Made by a program: the position numbers and the translations under genes. This document shows positions 10,260-19,230 of a stretch of 64,000 bases of DNA, piece after piece. This stretch comes from Candidatus Woesearchaeota archaeon (GTDB lineage Archaea; Nanobdellota; Nanobdellia; Pacearchaeales; GW2011-AR1), in contig CAYORV010000001.1 in assembly GCA_964406515.1 (NCBI GenBank), positions 33,956 through 97,955 of the forward strand, read 5' to 3'. Below the pieces are notes generated by a model. The model was not told where the DNA came from, did not search any database, and saw only the letters and a program-made list of their open reading frames with translations. Every line of letters begins with the position of its first letter. Position 1 is the stretch's first letter.

Positions 10260-10871
10260 ATGAATTTTGCAAAAGAATATTTCCGGGAATTATATGAGGG
10301 ATTAGACAAAATTGATCCAGACAAAATAGAAAAAGTAACAGATGTTTTGTTAAACGCTTGGAAGAATGGTCAACAGGTTTTTATTTTAGGTAATGGGGGG
10401 AGTGCGGCTACTGCATCTCATATGGCATGTGATTTTGGAAAGGGAACTTTGAAAAAAATGTATGACCCTGTAGAAAAAAGATTTAAAGTTATATCCTTGA
10501 CAGATAATGCTCCTTTATTAACTGCATTGGCAAATGATGTCGGTTATGAAAATATTTTTGCCCAGCAGTTATATAATCAAATTAAGATGGGAGATATAGT
10601 TATAGTTATAACAGGTAGTGGGAACAGTGAAAATGTATTAAGGGCAATTAAAGTAGCTCAAGATAAAAAAGCCACCATCATAGCATTTTTGGGTGCTGAT
10701 GGCGGTAAGGCAAAAGACATGGTGGATTATTGCATAATCTATGAAGAATTACATTATGGGAGAATAGAAGATGCACATAGTATTCTTTCACATTTAATTA
10801 CTAATTGGTTAAAAGAAAAATTAGATAGTCTAAAAGGTTCTGGGGAATTTTTTAAGGAAGAAGCAAAATGA
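10260..10871 (+). CDS. gmhA: Sedoheptulose-7-phosphate isomerase (SIS domain)
   Basis: GNGGSAATASH; TALAND; TGSGNSEN; IEDAH. Confidence 0.85.
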   Translation: MNFAKEYFRELYEGLDKIDPDKIEKVTDVLLNAWKNGQQVFILGNGGSAATASHMACDFGKGTLKKMYDPVEKRFKVISLTDNAPLLTALANDVGYENIFAQQLYNQIKMGDIVIVITGSGNSENVLRAIKVAQDKKATIIAFLGADGGKAKDMVDYCIIYEELHYGRIEDAHSILSHLITNWLKEKLDSLKGSGEFFKEEAK

Positions 10872-11965
10872 AAGTGTTAATAACTGGTGGAGCAGGATTT
10901 ATTGGAAGTCATACAGCAGATTTACTTTCATCAAAAGGATATTCAATAAAGATTTTAGATAATCTTAGTCCTCCAGTCCATGATGGAGATTGGCCAGATT
11001 ATGTTAAAAATAAAGGATATGAGCTAATCAGAGGGGATGTTACTGATAAAGAGGTTTTTACTGAAGCAATGAGGGATGTTAATTATATATTTCATCTTGC
11101 TGCATATCAAGATCAAATGCCAGATTTTAGTAAATTTTTTAGAGTAAATACAGTAAGCACGGCTCTTATCTTTGAAATTATTTTAGAAAATAAGTTTCCT
11201 GTTAAAAAGATAGTTTATGCAAGTTCTCAATTTGTATATGGGGATGGAGTTTATATTTCAAGTGATGGAAAAGAATTTTATCCTGAATTAAGATCAGAAG
11301 AACAATTTAAAAATAAAATATGGAATATATTGGATGCAAAAGGGGAGCTTGCAAAATTTATTCCGTTCAAAGAAGAGCAAAAGGTTAATCCGACAAATTG
11401 TTATGGATTATCAAAGATGGCTTCTGAGAATTTATCTATAAGATTGGGAAAAACTTATGGAATTCCTGTTTCAATTGTGAGATATTCTATTGTCCAGGGT
11501 TCAAGACAATCCCCAAAAAATATGTACTCTGGAGCATTAAGAATTTTTGTGACGCAAGCACTTGCTGAACAACCCATCACAGTTACTGAAGATGGAAATC
11601 AAGTGAGGGATTTTGTGAATGTTGAAGATGTTGCAAGAGCAAATGTTTTAATGATAGAGGAACCAAGAACAGATTTTGAAATATATAATGTTGGAGGTGG
11701 ACAGGGGTACAAGATTAAGGATTTTGCAGAGATGGTCAAAAGAATAACAAATTCTAATTCTGAAATTTTAATTGATGGAAGATTTAGAAGAACAGATGCA
11801 AGAGATTCTATATCAAATATATCAAAATTAAGAAATTTGGGTTGGAATCCGATTCATACTCCTGAAAAATCAATTAAAGATTATACTAATTGGATTAAAA
11901 CAGCAGGATTTGATGTTGGAGAAATTGCAAAAGGAGTGAATGAAGGACAGAAAAAATTAGTTTGA
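10868..11965 (+). CDS. NAD-dependent epimerase/dehydratase
   Basis: LITGGAGFIG; YGLSK; RDFVNVEDVARA. Confidence 0.9.
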   Translation: MKVLITGGAGFIGSHTADLLSSKGYSIKILDNLSPPVHDGDWPDYVKNKGYELIRGDVTDKEVFTEAMRDVNYIFHLAAYQDQMPDFSKFFRVNTVSTALIFEIILENKFPVKKIVYASSQFVYGDGVYISSDGKEFYPELRSEEQFKNKIWNILDAKGELAKFIPFKEEQKVNPTNCYGLSKMASENLSIRLGKTYGIPVSIVRYSIVQGSRQSPKNMYSGALRIFVTQALAEQPITVTEDGNQVRDFVNVEDVARANVLMIEEPRTDFEIYNVGGGQGYKIKDFAEMVKRITNSNSEILIDGRFRRTDARDSISNISKLRNLGWNPIHTPEKSIKDYTNWIKTAGFDVGEIAKGVNEGQKKLV

Positions 11966-11978
11966 AATATGTATTCTT

Positions 11979-11996
11979 CCTCAACAATATTTAAAA
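11979..11996 (+). promoter_or_regulatory. Extended TATA promoter motif
   Basis: CCTCAACAATATTTAAAA upstream of ATG 12030. Confidence 0.6.
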
Positions 11997-12029
11997 CAAT
12001 TAGATTTTTAAAGAAAATAATAACATAAA

Positions 12030-12593
12030 ATGTTCCCAATAAATAATATTGAAATTTATTCTTCAGGAAAAATCATCAAACCAGAAGAAGTAGCTGTTTT
12101 TGTCTCAAAGTTGAAAAGTTTTGGGAAAAAAGTCGGTCTTTGTCTCGGATGTTTTGACCTGTTACATCCAGGTCATGTGAAACATTTAGAATCTGCTAAA
12201 AAATTATGTGATTATTTGATTGTTGCTGTAACTGCAGACAAATTTATAATCTCAAGAAAAGGTTCAGAAAGACCAATATTTAACGAACAGTTAAGAGCTT
12301 ATATGCTTGCAACCTTAGAAGTTGTAGATTGCGTGGTTATTCAAAATTTTGAAAAAGGAACAGAACTTCTAGAATTGATTAAACCTTCTTTTTATATTAA
12401 AGGACCTGATATAATTAATCTTGATACTCCTGCAATAAATGAAGAACGTGAGATGACTAAAAAAGTTGGTGGAGAGATGAGATATACTCGCGATCCTAAA
12501 TGGGCCACAACAGACATTATAGAATTTATGAGTAATTTAAATAATCAGGAAGGTTCAAGTTCTGGAACATCTCCTCTCCATATGGGAACATAA
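12030..12593 (+). CDS. RfaE domain II / HldC-like adenylyl- or cytidylyltransferase
   Basis: GCFDLLHPGH; RKGSERP; YIKGPD; lies at the end of the heptose block. Confidence 0.8.
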   Translation: MFPINNIEIYSSGKIIKPEEVAVFVSKLKSFGKKVGLCLGCFDLLHPGHVKHLESAKKLCDYLIVAVTADKFIISRKGSERPIFNEQLRAYMLATLEVVDCVVIQNFEKGTELLELIKPSFYIKGPDIINLDTPAINEEREMTKKVGGEMRYTRDPKWATTDIIEFMSNLNNQEGSSSGTSPLHMGT

Positions 12594-13435
12594 TGTCTTT
12601 TTCTAATTCTTAGCGAATAATATCCTCTCAATTGAACATATATCAGAAAGAAAATAAATGATAAAGACCAAAAAAATTCTTTAAAAGTATCTTTTATCGT
12701 TGAAAAGATTATTCTATTGTAAAAACTATGATATTTAATCTGGCTATTTTTTGTATATTTCAATAATTCCATATGTGCTTTTGTACTACGGGCTCTTTGT
12801 TTAAACAAATCAATAAAGTTTTTTGGATGCGAGACATAAACCTTTGCTCCTTCAACATAAGAATTTTTGTATCCTTTGTTACTTATTAAAAAAGATATTA
12901 TGGCGCCCTCTGCGACCTCTAAGGGAATTTTTTTAATTATTCCGTTTCTCATTGCAAGTATATTTATTGTGTGTTCTATAAATTCATTTTTATTGAATAG
13001 GTTTTTCCTCATCTTGTGTAATCCTTCTGTTAAAAGATGCGCCCAAAAACCGTATAGGGTGTTTCTATCTCCCATTGGAATAATCCTGCCTCCAACAATT
13101 CCTACTGCCTCATCCTCAAATGGTTCAAGTAGTAATTTAATAGAATTTTTTTCAAAAAATTTATTTCCATCTGTCCAAATCAAGATTCTGCCTTTAGCAA
13201 TTTTGAATATTTCATTCATTAGTTGATTTTTTGAACAAGTATACTCTTGATGTACATATTTTACTATTCTTGGGCATTTCTTTTTACAATCCATTATTGC
13301 TTTTTTTGTTGGTTCATCTGGACAAGCCACAATAATCTCGAATTCTTCATTTAAACCTTCTTGATTAAGAATTCTTTCTATACATTCTTTAGTCAAATCT
13401 GGACATTCAAATGCAGTTACAATTATACTTATCAT
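12545..13435 (-). CDS. Glycosyltransferase family 2
   Basis: Start moved to MISIIVTAF by homology with 5668..6588; shares VACPDEPTKK and LIWTDGNK. Confidence 0.8.
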   Translation of the reverse strand: MISIIVTAFECPDLTKECIERILNQEGLNEEFEIIVACPDEPTKKAIMDCKKKCPRIVKYVHQEYTCSKNQLMNEIFKIAKGRILIWTDGNKFFEKNSIKLLLEPFEDEAVGIVGGRIIPMGDRNTLYGFWAHLLTEGLHKMRKNLFNKNEFIEHTINILAMRNGIIKKIPLEVAEGAIISFLISNKGYKNSYVEGAKVYVSHPKNFIDLFKQRARSTKAHMELLKYTKNSQIKYHSFYNRIIFSTIKDTFKEFFWSLSFIFFLIYVQLRGYYSLRIRKRHYVPIWRGDVPELEPS

Positions 13436-13483
13436 TTTTGTGTTTATTATGAAGGAGAACACAGATTTAAAAGGATTATCAAT

Positions 13484-15022
13484 CTACACCCTATATCTTG
13501 TTTTGTCATACCAGATTTTGAAATTTACAGGCAAAGAGCGGTAGAGGGGTTTTGCTATTCTTTCTCTTATGATATCCAACAAACGTATTATTCTCAAGAT
13601 TATAAAAGTCGGAAATTGATTTCTTAAATTTTTTCTCACTCTCTCTGGTTTTAATAAATAATTTAGAAGAGAATTGGGCATAACCCCAAATCTTGATTTT
13701 GTAACAGAACCTCTCATGAGGTTTAGAATTAAATTGAGATATCTATTATTCTTTTTTAACAAAATATGTGCACTTCTGTCCCAATAATTAAGATTTTCTG
13801 CTGAATCTTTTTTTGATTTTATCAGGCCTTCTTTCTTTGCTCTGTCGTATAATTTTGTTCCTGGGAAGAAAACTAGATTATTAACAGATAGGTAATATGG
13901 TTTTGGAAGTTTTTGCAAAAGACGAATTAAGTTTATGACATCTTCGGGTTTTTCATAAGGGTTGCAGGTGATTACATCATACATAACTGCAAGCTTGTCT
14001 TTGTATTTGTTCAATATTCTAGCTGCATTTAAAACATCTTTGTCTGTTTGATTTCTATGGTAAATTTCCAGATTTATCCTTTCGCTTCCTTGAATTCCTA
14101 TGATTATATCGGTACATCCTGCATCAATCAATAATTTTATTTTTTCTTCTGAAACTGTGTGAGGATCTGCCAAGCATTTGAAACGCATGTTTACTTTTTC
14201 TTTGTAGAGCTTGCAGAATTTTTCTATGTCTTCTATGGGCCGAAGTGAAAATGTGTCATCCCTTATATCAAAATAACCAAGAGTGTTTGGAAATTTTTCC
14301 TTTAGTTTTAGAATTCCTTCTATGATGTATTCTGGTGAGTGCCATCTGAGAATCTTTTTTCTTTTCCCTTCATAAAGTTTATTGAAAAACGAATTGCTAC
14401 AATAGTCACACCCATAAGGGCAGCCCCTACCAGTTAGAAAAAATATTTGTCCGGCCAAATCATATTCTCTGAATTTCCTTATTTTCCTTTTTTCTAGGAT
14501 GAAGTGATTTTCAATATCATAATCTGGGCGTGGAAGAGAATCAATGTTGTCAATTATGTTTCTAACAGGATTTTTTGTTACATTGTTTTCTTGCTTTATC
14601 CAAAAATTTTTTATCTTGTTGAAGTTTTTGTTTTGTTCTATTGCTTTTGCTAAATCTAGTATTGCTTCTTCACTTTCACCTACGCAAACAATATCTGCAT
14701 ATTTTATGCAATCTTCTGGAGAAATTGTTGCATGCACTCCCCCATAAACTATTGGAATGCCGAGATTTTTTTTTAAAAAAGATATTATTCTTGCTGCTCT
14801 TTGAGAAGTTGAAGCAAAAGAATTTATTCCTATAAGTTGGCTGTCTTTGCAGATATTCAATAATTGCTTTAGTTCTTCTATTGAGTAATTTCTTGAATAG
14901 TCTTCTGTCAAGGTCATGAAAATTAATTGCACTTCGTAACCTGCTCTTTTTAAAACAGAAGAAATTGTTCTGATTCCCTGATCGGAAGGAAAAGTAGATG
15001 TTGAAATGAGAGTTATTTTCAT
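13484..15022 (-). CDS. Cobalamin-binding radical SAM protein
   Basis: N-terminal B12 domain (YGGVHAT, VCVGESE); RGCPYGCDYC; DDTF; FPGTKLY. Confidence 0.9.
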   Translation of the reverse strand: MKITLISTSTFPSDQGIRTISSVLKRAGYEVQLIFMTLTEDYSRNYSIEELKQLLNICKDSQLIGINSFASTSQRAARIISFLKKNLGIPIVYGGVHATISPEDCIKYADIVCVGESEEAILDLAKAIEQNKNFNKIKNFWIKQENNVTKNPVRNIIDNIDSLPRPDYDIENHFILEKRKIRKFREYDLAGQIFFLTGRGCPYGCDYCSNSFFNKLYEGKRKKILRWHSPEYIIEGILKLKEKFPNTLGYFDIRDDTFSLRPIEDIEKFCKLYKEKVNMRFKCLADPHTVSEEKIKLLIDAGCTDIIIGIQGSERINLEIYHRNQTDKDVLNAARILNKYKDKLAVMYDVITCNPYEKPEDVINLIRLLQKLPKPYYLSVNNLVFFPGTKLYDRAKKEGLIKSKKDSAENLNYWDRSAHILLKKNNRYLNLILNLMRGSVTKSRFGVMPNSLLNYLLKPERVRKNLRNQFPTFIILRIIRLLDIIRERIAKPLYRSLPVNFKIWYDKTRYRV

Positions 15023-15134
15023 AAAAACAACAGAAAGAAGTAATTTTTAAAATTACTCTATTGTAAATATATATTTCAGAAGCATATAGTTTTCTTATAT
15101 AAATGCTTTAAAGAGTTTAAGCCGAAAGATTTGT

Positions 15135-17015
15135 ATGAAGGCTGTGATAATTGCTGGCGGGAAAGGAACAAGATTAAAAGAATTCTCAGAAGATAAAAAT
15201 AAGGCTATGCTAAAAATATATGACAAAACTATTCTAGAATATAACTTAGATAGAGCAATAGAAGCTAAGGTGATTGAAATAATCCTTGTTCTTTGCTATA
15301 AACCTGAAGAAATTATAAAAAAAATAGGAAAAGATTACAATGGAGTTAGGGTGACTTATGTTATTGAAAAAGAAGGGAAGGGAATTGTAAATGCTATTCA
15401 CAATGCAAGAGATGCTATAGGTAAAAGTGATTTTATTCTTATGCTGGGAGATGAAATCCTAATTAATGCAGATATTGTTGGGATGCTAAAAAAATTTAGA
15501 AGAGAAGACCTATTTGCTATTTGTGGCATAGTTAATGAAAAGGATAAGTCTAGTATCAAAAAAACTTACTCTGTTCTATCTAATGAGGATGGAAGAATTT
15601 TTAGATTAATTGAGAAGCCAAGATTTCCGATTAGTGATATAAAGGGCACAGGACATTGTGTTTTCAGAAATGAAATTTTGGATTACATTGACAAAACTCC
15701 AATTAACATGTATAGAAATCAGAAAGAACTTGTAGACATGATTCAATGTGCTGTTGATGATGGAAAAAATATCAAAATCCACAAGATAGCTGAAGGATAT
15801 GCTAATATAAATGAGTTTGAAGATTTAAATATGGCAAAAGAAATGATAAAAAAAATAAAACCTAAAGTTTTGATAATCCATAATCAGATGAAATATTATG
15901 GTGGAGGAGAATTGCTAATTGTTGAACTTGCAAATGAATTAACAAGAAGGGGCATAAAAAATGATATCCTTGCTTTGTCAAAATCAGAGGAAGTTGAAAA
16001 TGCTCTTTTGAACACTGAAATTATAACTCCAAATAATAATATTGACCTCAGACCTCCAGGATATAAAAATATGGGAGATATTTTTAATGCAATAAAAGTT
16101 TTTAGAAAAAAACTAAAAGAGATAGAAAAGAACTATGATGTTATTAATTTCCATGATTTTCCAGTAACGTGGACTTTGTGGCCCCGAAAAAAACCTTGTG
16201 TTTGGTTTATGAATCTCCCCCCAAATCTTTATAGCAAACCCGATGCAGGATTTTTTTATAAAACTCTGAATAAGGTAAGAATTTGGTTAGATAAGTTTAT
16301 TGTTAGACAAAGTGTAGATATAATAACTGTGGCAGAGAGTTTAAATCTGATTAGAGCAAAAAAAAGATATGGTAAACAGGCTAAATTGATTGATTTTGGA
16401 ATTGATTATAATTTCTTCTCCAAGGGAAATGCACAAAGAGCAATAAAGAAATTTAACCTGAAAAATAAGTTTGTTGTTGTTCAATCAGGAATATTATGCG
16501 ATGTTAAAAATCAATTTGAAAGTGTGAAAGCAATTGAAAAAGTAAAAGATAAAATTCCAAACATATTCTTAATCTTCACTGGAAAAGAAGATGCAGAATA
16601 CAGAAAGAAACTTGATGCTTATATAAAAGAAAAAAAACTCGAAGAACATATTTTATTTGCAGGATTTCTTGAAACAAGGAATGAACTAAGAGACATATAC
16701 AAGGCTGCGGATGTTGGATTATTTCCTATAAAGAAACAAGGAGGAGTTTTGGCTCCATTAGAAGCTTTATGTGCTGGAATTCCAATAATTGTATCTGAGG
16801 ACATGGAAACAGCGCCACTAATTAAAAAAGAAAATCTGGGAATTACAACAAAAGAATATGATAAAGTTTTATTAGATGTCTATAATAATAAAGAATCTCA
16901 TAAACAACTAGCAAAAAAAGCTGTTTTGTTTGTTAAAGAAAATTTAAACTGGAAGGCATTTGCAGATAAAATGGTTCAAGCGTATATTGTAGCTTGGAAA
17001 AAGTATAAAAAATAG
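15135..17015 (+). CDS. Fusion: sugar-phosphate nucleotidyltransferase plus GT4 glycosyltransferase
   Basis: IAGGKGTRL and IEKP in the N-terminal part; from about 15858 YGGGE...LEALCAGIPII (GT-B). Confidence 0.8.
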   Translation: MKAVIIAGGKGTRLKEFSEDKNKAMLKIYDKTILEYNLDRAIEAKVIEIILVLCYKPEEIIKKIGKDYNGVRVTYVIEKEGKGIVNAIHNARDAIGKSDFILMLGDEILINADIVGMLKKFRREDLFAICGIVNEKDKSSIKKTYSVLSNEDGRIFRLIEKPRFPISDIKGTGHCVFRNEILDYIDKTPINMYRNQKELVDMIQCAVDDGKNIKIHKIAEGYANINEFEDLNMAKEMIKKIKPKVLIIHNQMKYYGGGELLIVELANELTRRGIKNDILALSKSEEVENALLNTEIITPNNNIDLRPPGYKNMGDIFNAIKVFRKKLKEIEKNYDVINFHDFPVTWTLWPRKKPCVWFMNLPPNLYSKPDAGFFYKTLNKVRIWLDKFIVRQSVDIITVAESLNLIRAKKRYGKQAKLIDFGIDYNFFSKGNAQRAIKKFNLKNKFVVVQSGILCDVKNQFESVKAIEKVKDKIPNIFLIFTGKEDAEYRKKLDAYIKEKKLEEHILFAGFLETRNELRDIYKAADVGLFPIKKQGGVLAPLEALCAGIPIIVSEDMETAPLIKKENLGITTKEYDKVLLDVYNNKESHKQLAKKAVLFVKENLNWKAFADKMVQAYIVAWKKYKK

Positions 17016-17019
17016 TTGG

Positions 17020-18000
17020 TTATCTCTTTGCTAGTGTCTTTAATGGATGCTTCCTCAAATTCCTAACCATTTCACAAAGAAGGTAACAATCTTCATAACA
17101 TTTTAGGTTTTTTATCTTCTTAGTATAATCCTTTTGAAGAATTGTAGTTTGTTTGATATTTCCCAATGGAGCAATCTTCCCAACCAAGTTTTCACAAGGG
17201 AATATATCGCCGGTAAAATCTATGTAAATTGAATTTGTTCCTGCATAGCAAACATTTGTTATTGTTTTGTTTTCATAGAATCTTTTGAAAAATAAAAAAT
17301 AAGTATCATCAAAGAATGGTCTTTTTCTCTCTGCATAAATTTTCTTAAGCTGTTCTAATACTTTTTGTTTTTGAGAGTCTGCTAATGCTCTTCCTTCTTC
17401 GGTGTTTAATCTTCCATAATCCATTTCTGGGGAGAACATTATGTTTATGTCCTGTTCTTTAGCAAAATTCCATGCCCATAACAACTGGTCATAATTTTCT
17501 TTTGTCACAGTAAAAATAAAACTCATGTTTTGTCCTAATTTTTTCAGGTTTTCAATTGTTTCTAATAATTTTTTAAAGTTTCCTTTTACTCCTCTTATTT
17601 CATCGTGAGTTTCTTCTTTTCCATTAAAAGAAAGATTTATCAAAACATCTCTGGGCATATTCTTTACTTTTTCGTATATTAATTCTGGGAGCAAAGCATT
17701 TGTTAAGATAGCTAGGTGTAAATTGGGATTCTTTTGTTTGAACATATTTACAATTTCGTCTATATCTTTTCTCAAAAATGGCTCTCCTCCTGTCAAGGCC
17801 AAAAATCTAGCTTCTTTAAATATGGGAGTTTCAGCAAATTTTTTTAAATCGCCCGTGTTTGGTTCAATCTTCTTTTTGTTTTTCCATAAAAAACAAGTTT
17901 TACACCTTGAATTGCACAAATTGGTTAAAGCCAAGATTATCCTTCTTCGTTTTTTTATTGGAAGAATATTTTCTAGAGCATATAAATAATCAGTTTTCAT
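17020..18000 (-). CDS. Radical SAM protein (SPASM/twitch)
   Basis: CNSRCKTC; TGGEPFLR; CYAG...FPCE; start placed at MKTDY. Confidence 0.85.
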   Translation of the reverse strand: MKTDYLYALENILPIKKRRRIILALTNLCNSRCKTCFLWKNKKKIEPNTGDLKKFAETPIFKEARFLALTGGEPFLRKDIDEIVNMFKQKNPNLHLAILTNALLPELIYEKVKNMPRDVLINLSFNGKEETHDEIRGVKGNFKKLLETIENLKKLGQNMSFIFTVTKENYDQLLWAWNFAKEQDINIMFSPEMDYGRLNTEEGRALADSQKQKVLEQLKKIYAERKRPFFDDTYFLFFKRFYENKTITNVCYAGTNSIYIDFTGDIFPCENLVGKIAPLGNIKQTTILQKDYTKKIKNLKCYEDCYLLCEMVRNLRKHPLKTLAKR

Positions 18001-19129
18001 TTTTCCCCTCTTTCTCATAAGCTGGACACAATTTACACTCTTCAGGACATTTATTTTTCCTTATTGCTTTTCTCATTGCTTTGTATTTTGGAGAATACCA
18101 AATTTCCTTGAATGGTTTTTCTAATGCGTTGCCTAATGCCATTTTTTTCTGCCATTCTCGAGCATTTGCTTCGTTTTGACTACAACAAGGAGTAACATCT
18201 CCTGTAACAAAAATAAACGGCATTATATATTCCTTGCAGTTTTTCATTTTGGGCTTTTTTTCCAAACCTTCTGCTCCTTGTTTCGCAGACATATTAATTG
18301 TTATGGGGATTTTGTATTTTCTTGCTCTTTCTTTTATTAAATTCACATAATTTTCATCTATTTCGACAGCATACTTTTCAGCTTCTTTAAAACTGTGTAA
18401 CAAGGGAGTTACAAGAACTTCTCCAACTTCTGTGTTTAGTGAATGAACAAAATCTAAAAAGTCCAGAACCTCTGGTTTTGATTCACTTGTGATTATATAA
18501 TGAAAATTCAGTAGAGGAAATCTTTTTTTCATTTCTTTTTTTAGTCTAACAAAAGTTTTTATGTTTTTTTCAACTTCATCATAATTGCTTCCAGCACAAA
18601 TTTTTTCAAAACTTTTTTTGCTTGCTCCGTAGGTTGAAACAAATTGGAAATCTGGGCCAATCTCTATTAATTCCCTAATTTGATTATCGTCCTTAAAATG
18701 CGCGAAATGGTCCATCACTTCTATGATTGTTCCTTTTGATTTTGCATACCTCAACATTTTATGGAAATCCTTATTGAGATAAGAAGAGCCAATACCTGTA
18801 AGTCCAAGCCATTTTGGTTTACCATTCCCAAAATTGTCAATTATTCTTTTAAATTGTTCAAAACTCATATTTTTTGGTGGCTCTTTCCAATAAGTATGCT
18901 CGCAACAAACACACTTAAAGTTGCAGATTGTTGTTGGTTCTATTTCAAGGAATGGGGGGAACAAATCAATTCCGATTCTTGGGAAAATTTTATTTAATAA
19001 AAAAGATGCCATTTTTCTATTCCACCAAAATGGATAAACCCAAAACATGTTTAGTATTTCCTTCCATCTCCCAGCTAAAATATAATTAGAAAATAATCTC
19101 ATCTTATGGGTCAAAGGCATAGTTGGCAT
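17990..19129 (-). CDS. Radical SAM/SPASM-domain protein
   Basis: CNFKCVCC; C...VTPCC...CKLC. Confidence 0.9.
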   Translation of the reverse strand: MPTMPLTHKMRLFSNYILAGRWKEILNMFWVYPFWWNRKMASFLLNKIFPRIGIDLFPPFLEIEPTTICNFKCVCCEHTYWKEPPKNMSFEQFKRIIDNFGNGKPKWLGLTGIGSSYLNKDFHKMLRYAKSKGTIIEVMDHFAHFKDDNQIRELIEIGPDFQFVSTYGASKKSFEKICAGSNYDEVEKNIKTFVRLKKEMKKRFPLLNFHYIITSESKPEVLDFLDFVHSLNTEVGEVLVTPLLHSFKEAEKYAVEIDENYVNLIKERARKYKIPITINMSAKQGAEGLEKKPKMKNCKEYIMPFIFVTGDVTPCCSQNEANAREWQKKMALGNALEKPFKEIWYSPKYKAMRKAIRKNKCPEECKLCPAYEKEGKNEN

Positions 19130-19230
19130 TTTAGAAAATGGGAGTGGAGGTTTTTAAAGATTATCTAGTTTTTATCTTATATCCCACCTTAATTAAATTT
19201 ATAAATCTCGTCTTTTTCAAAGTCCTACTT

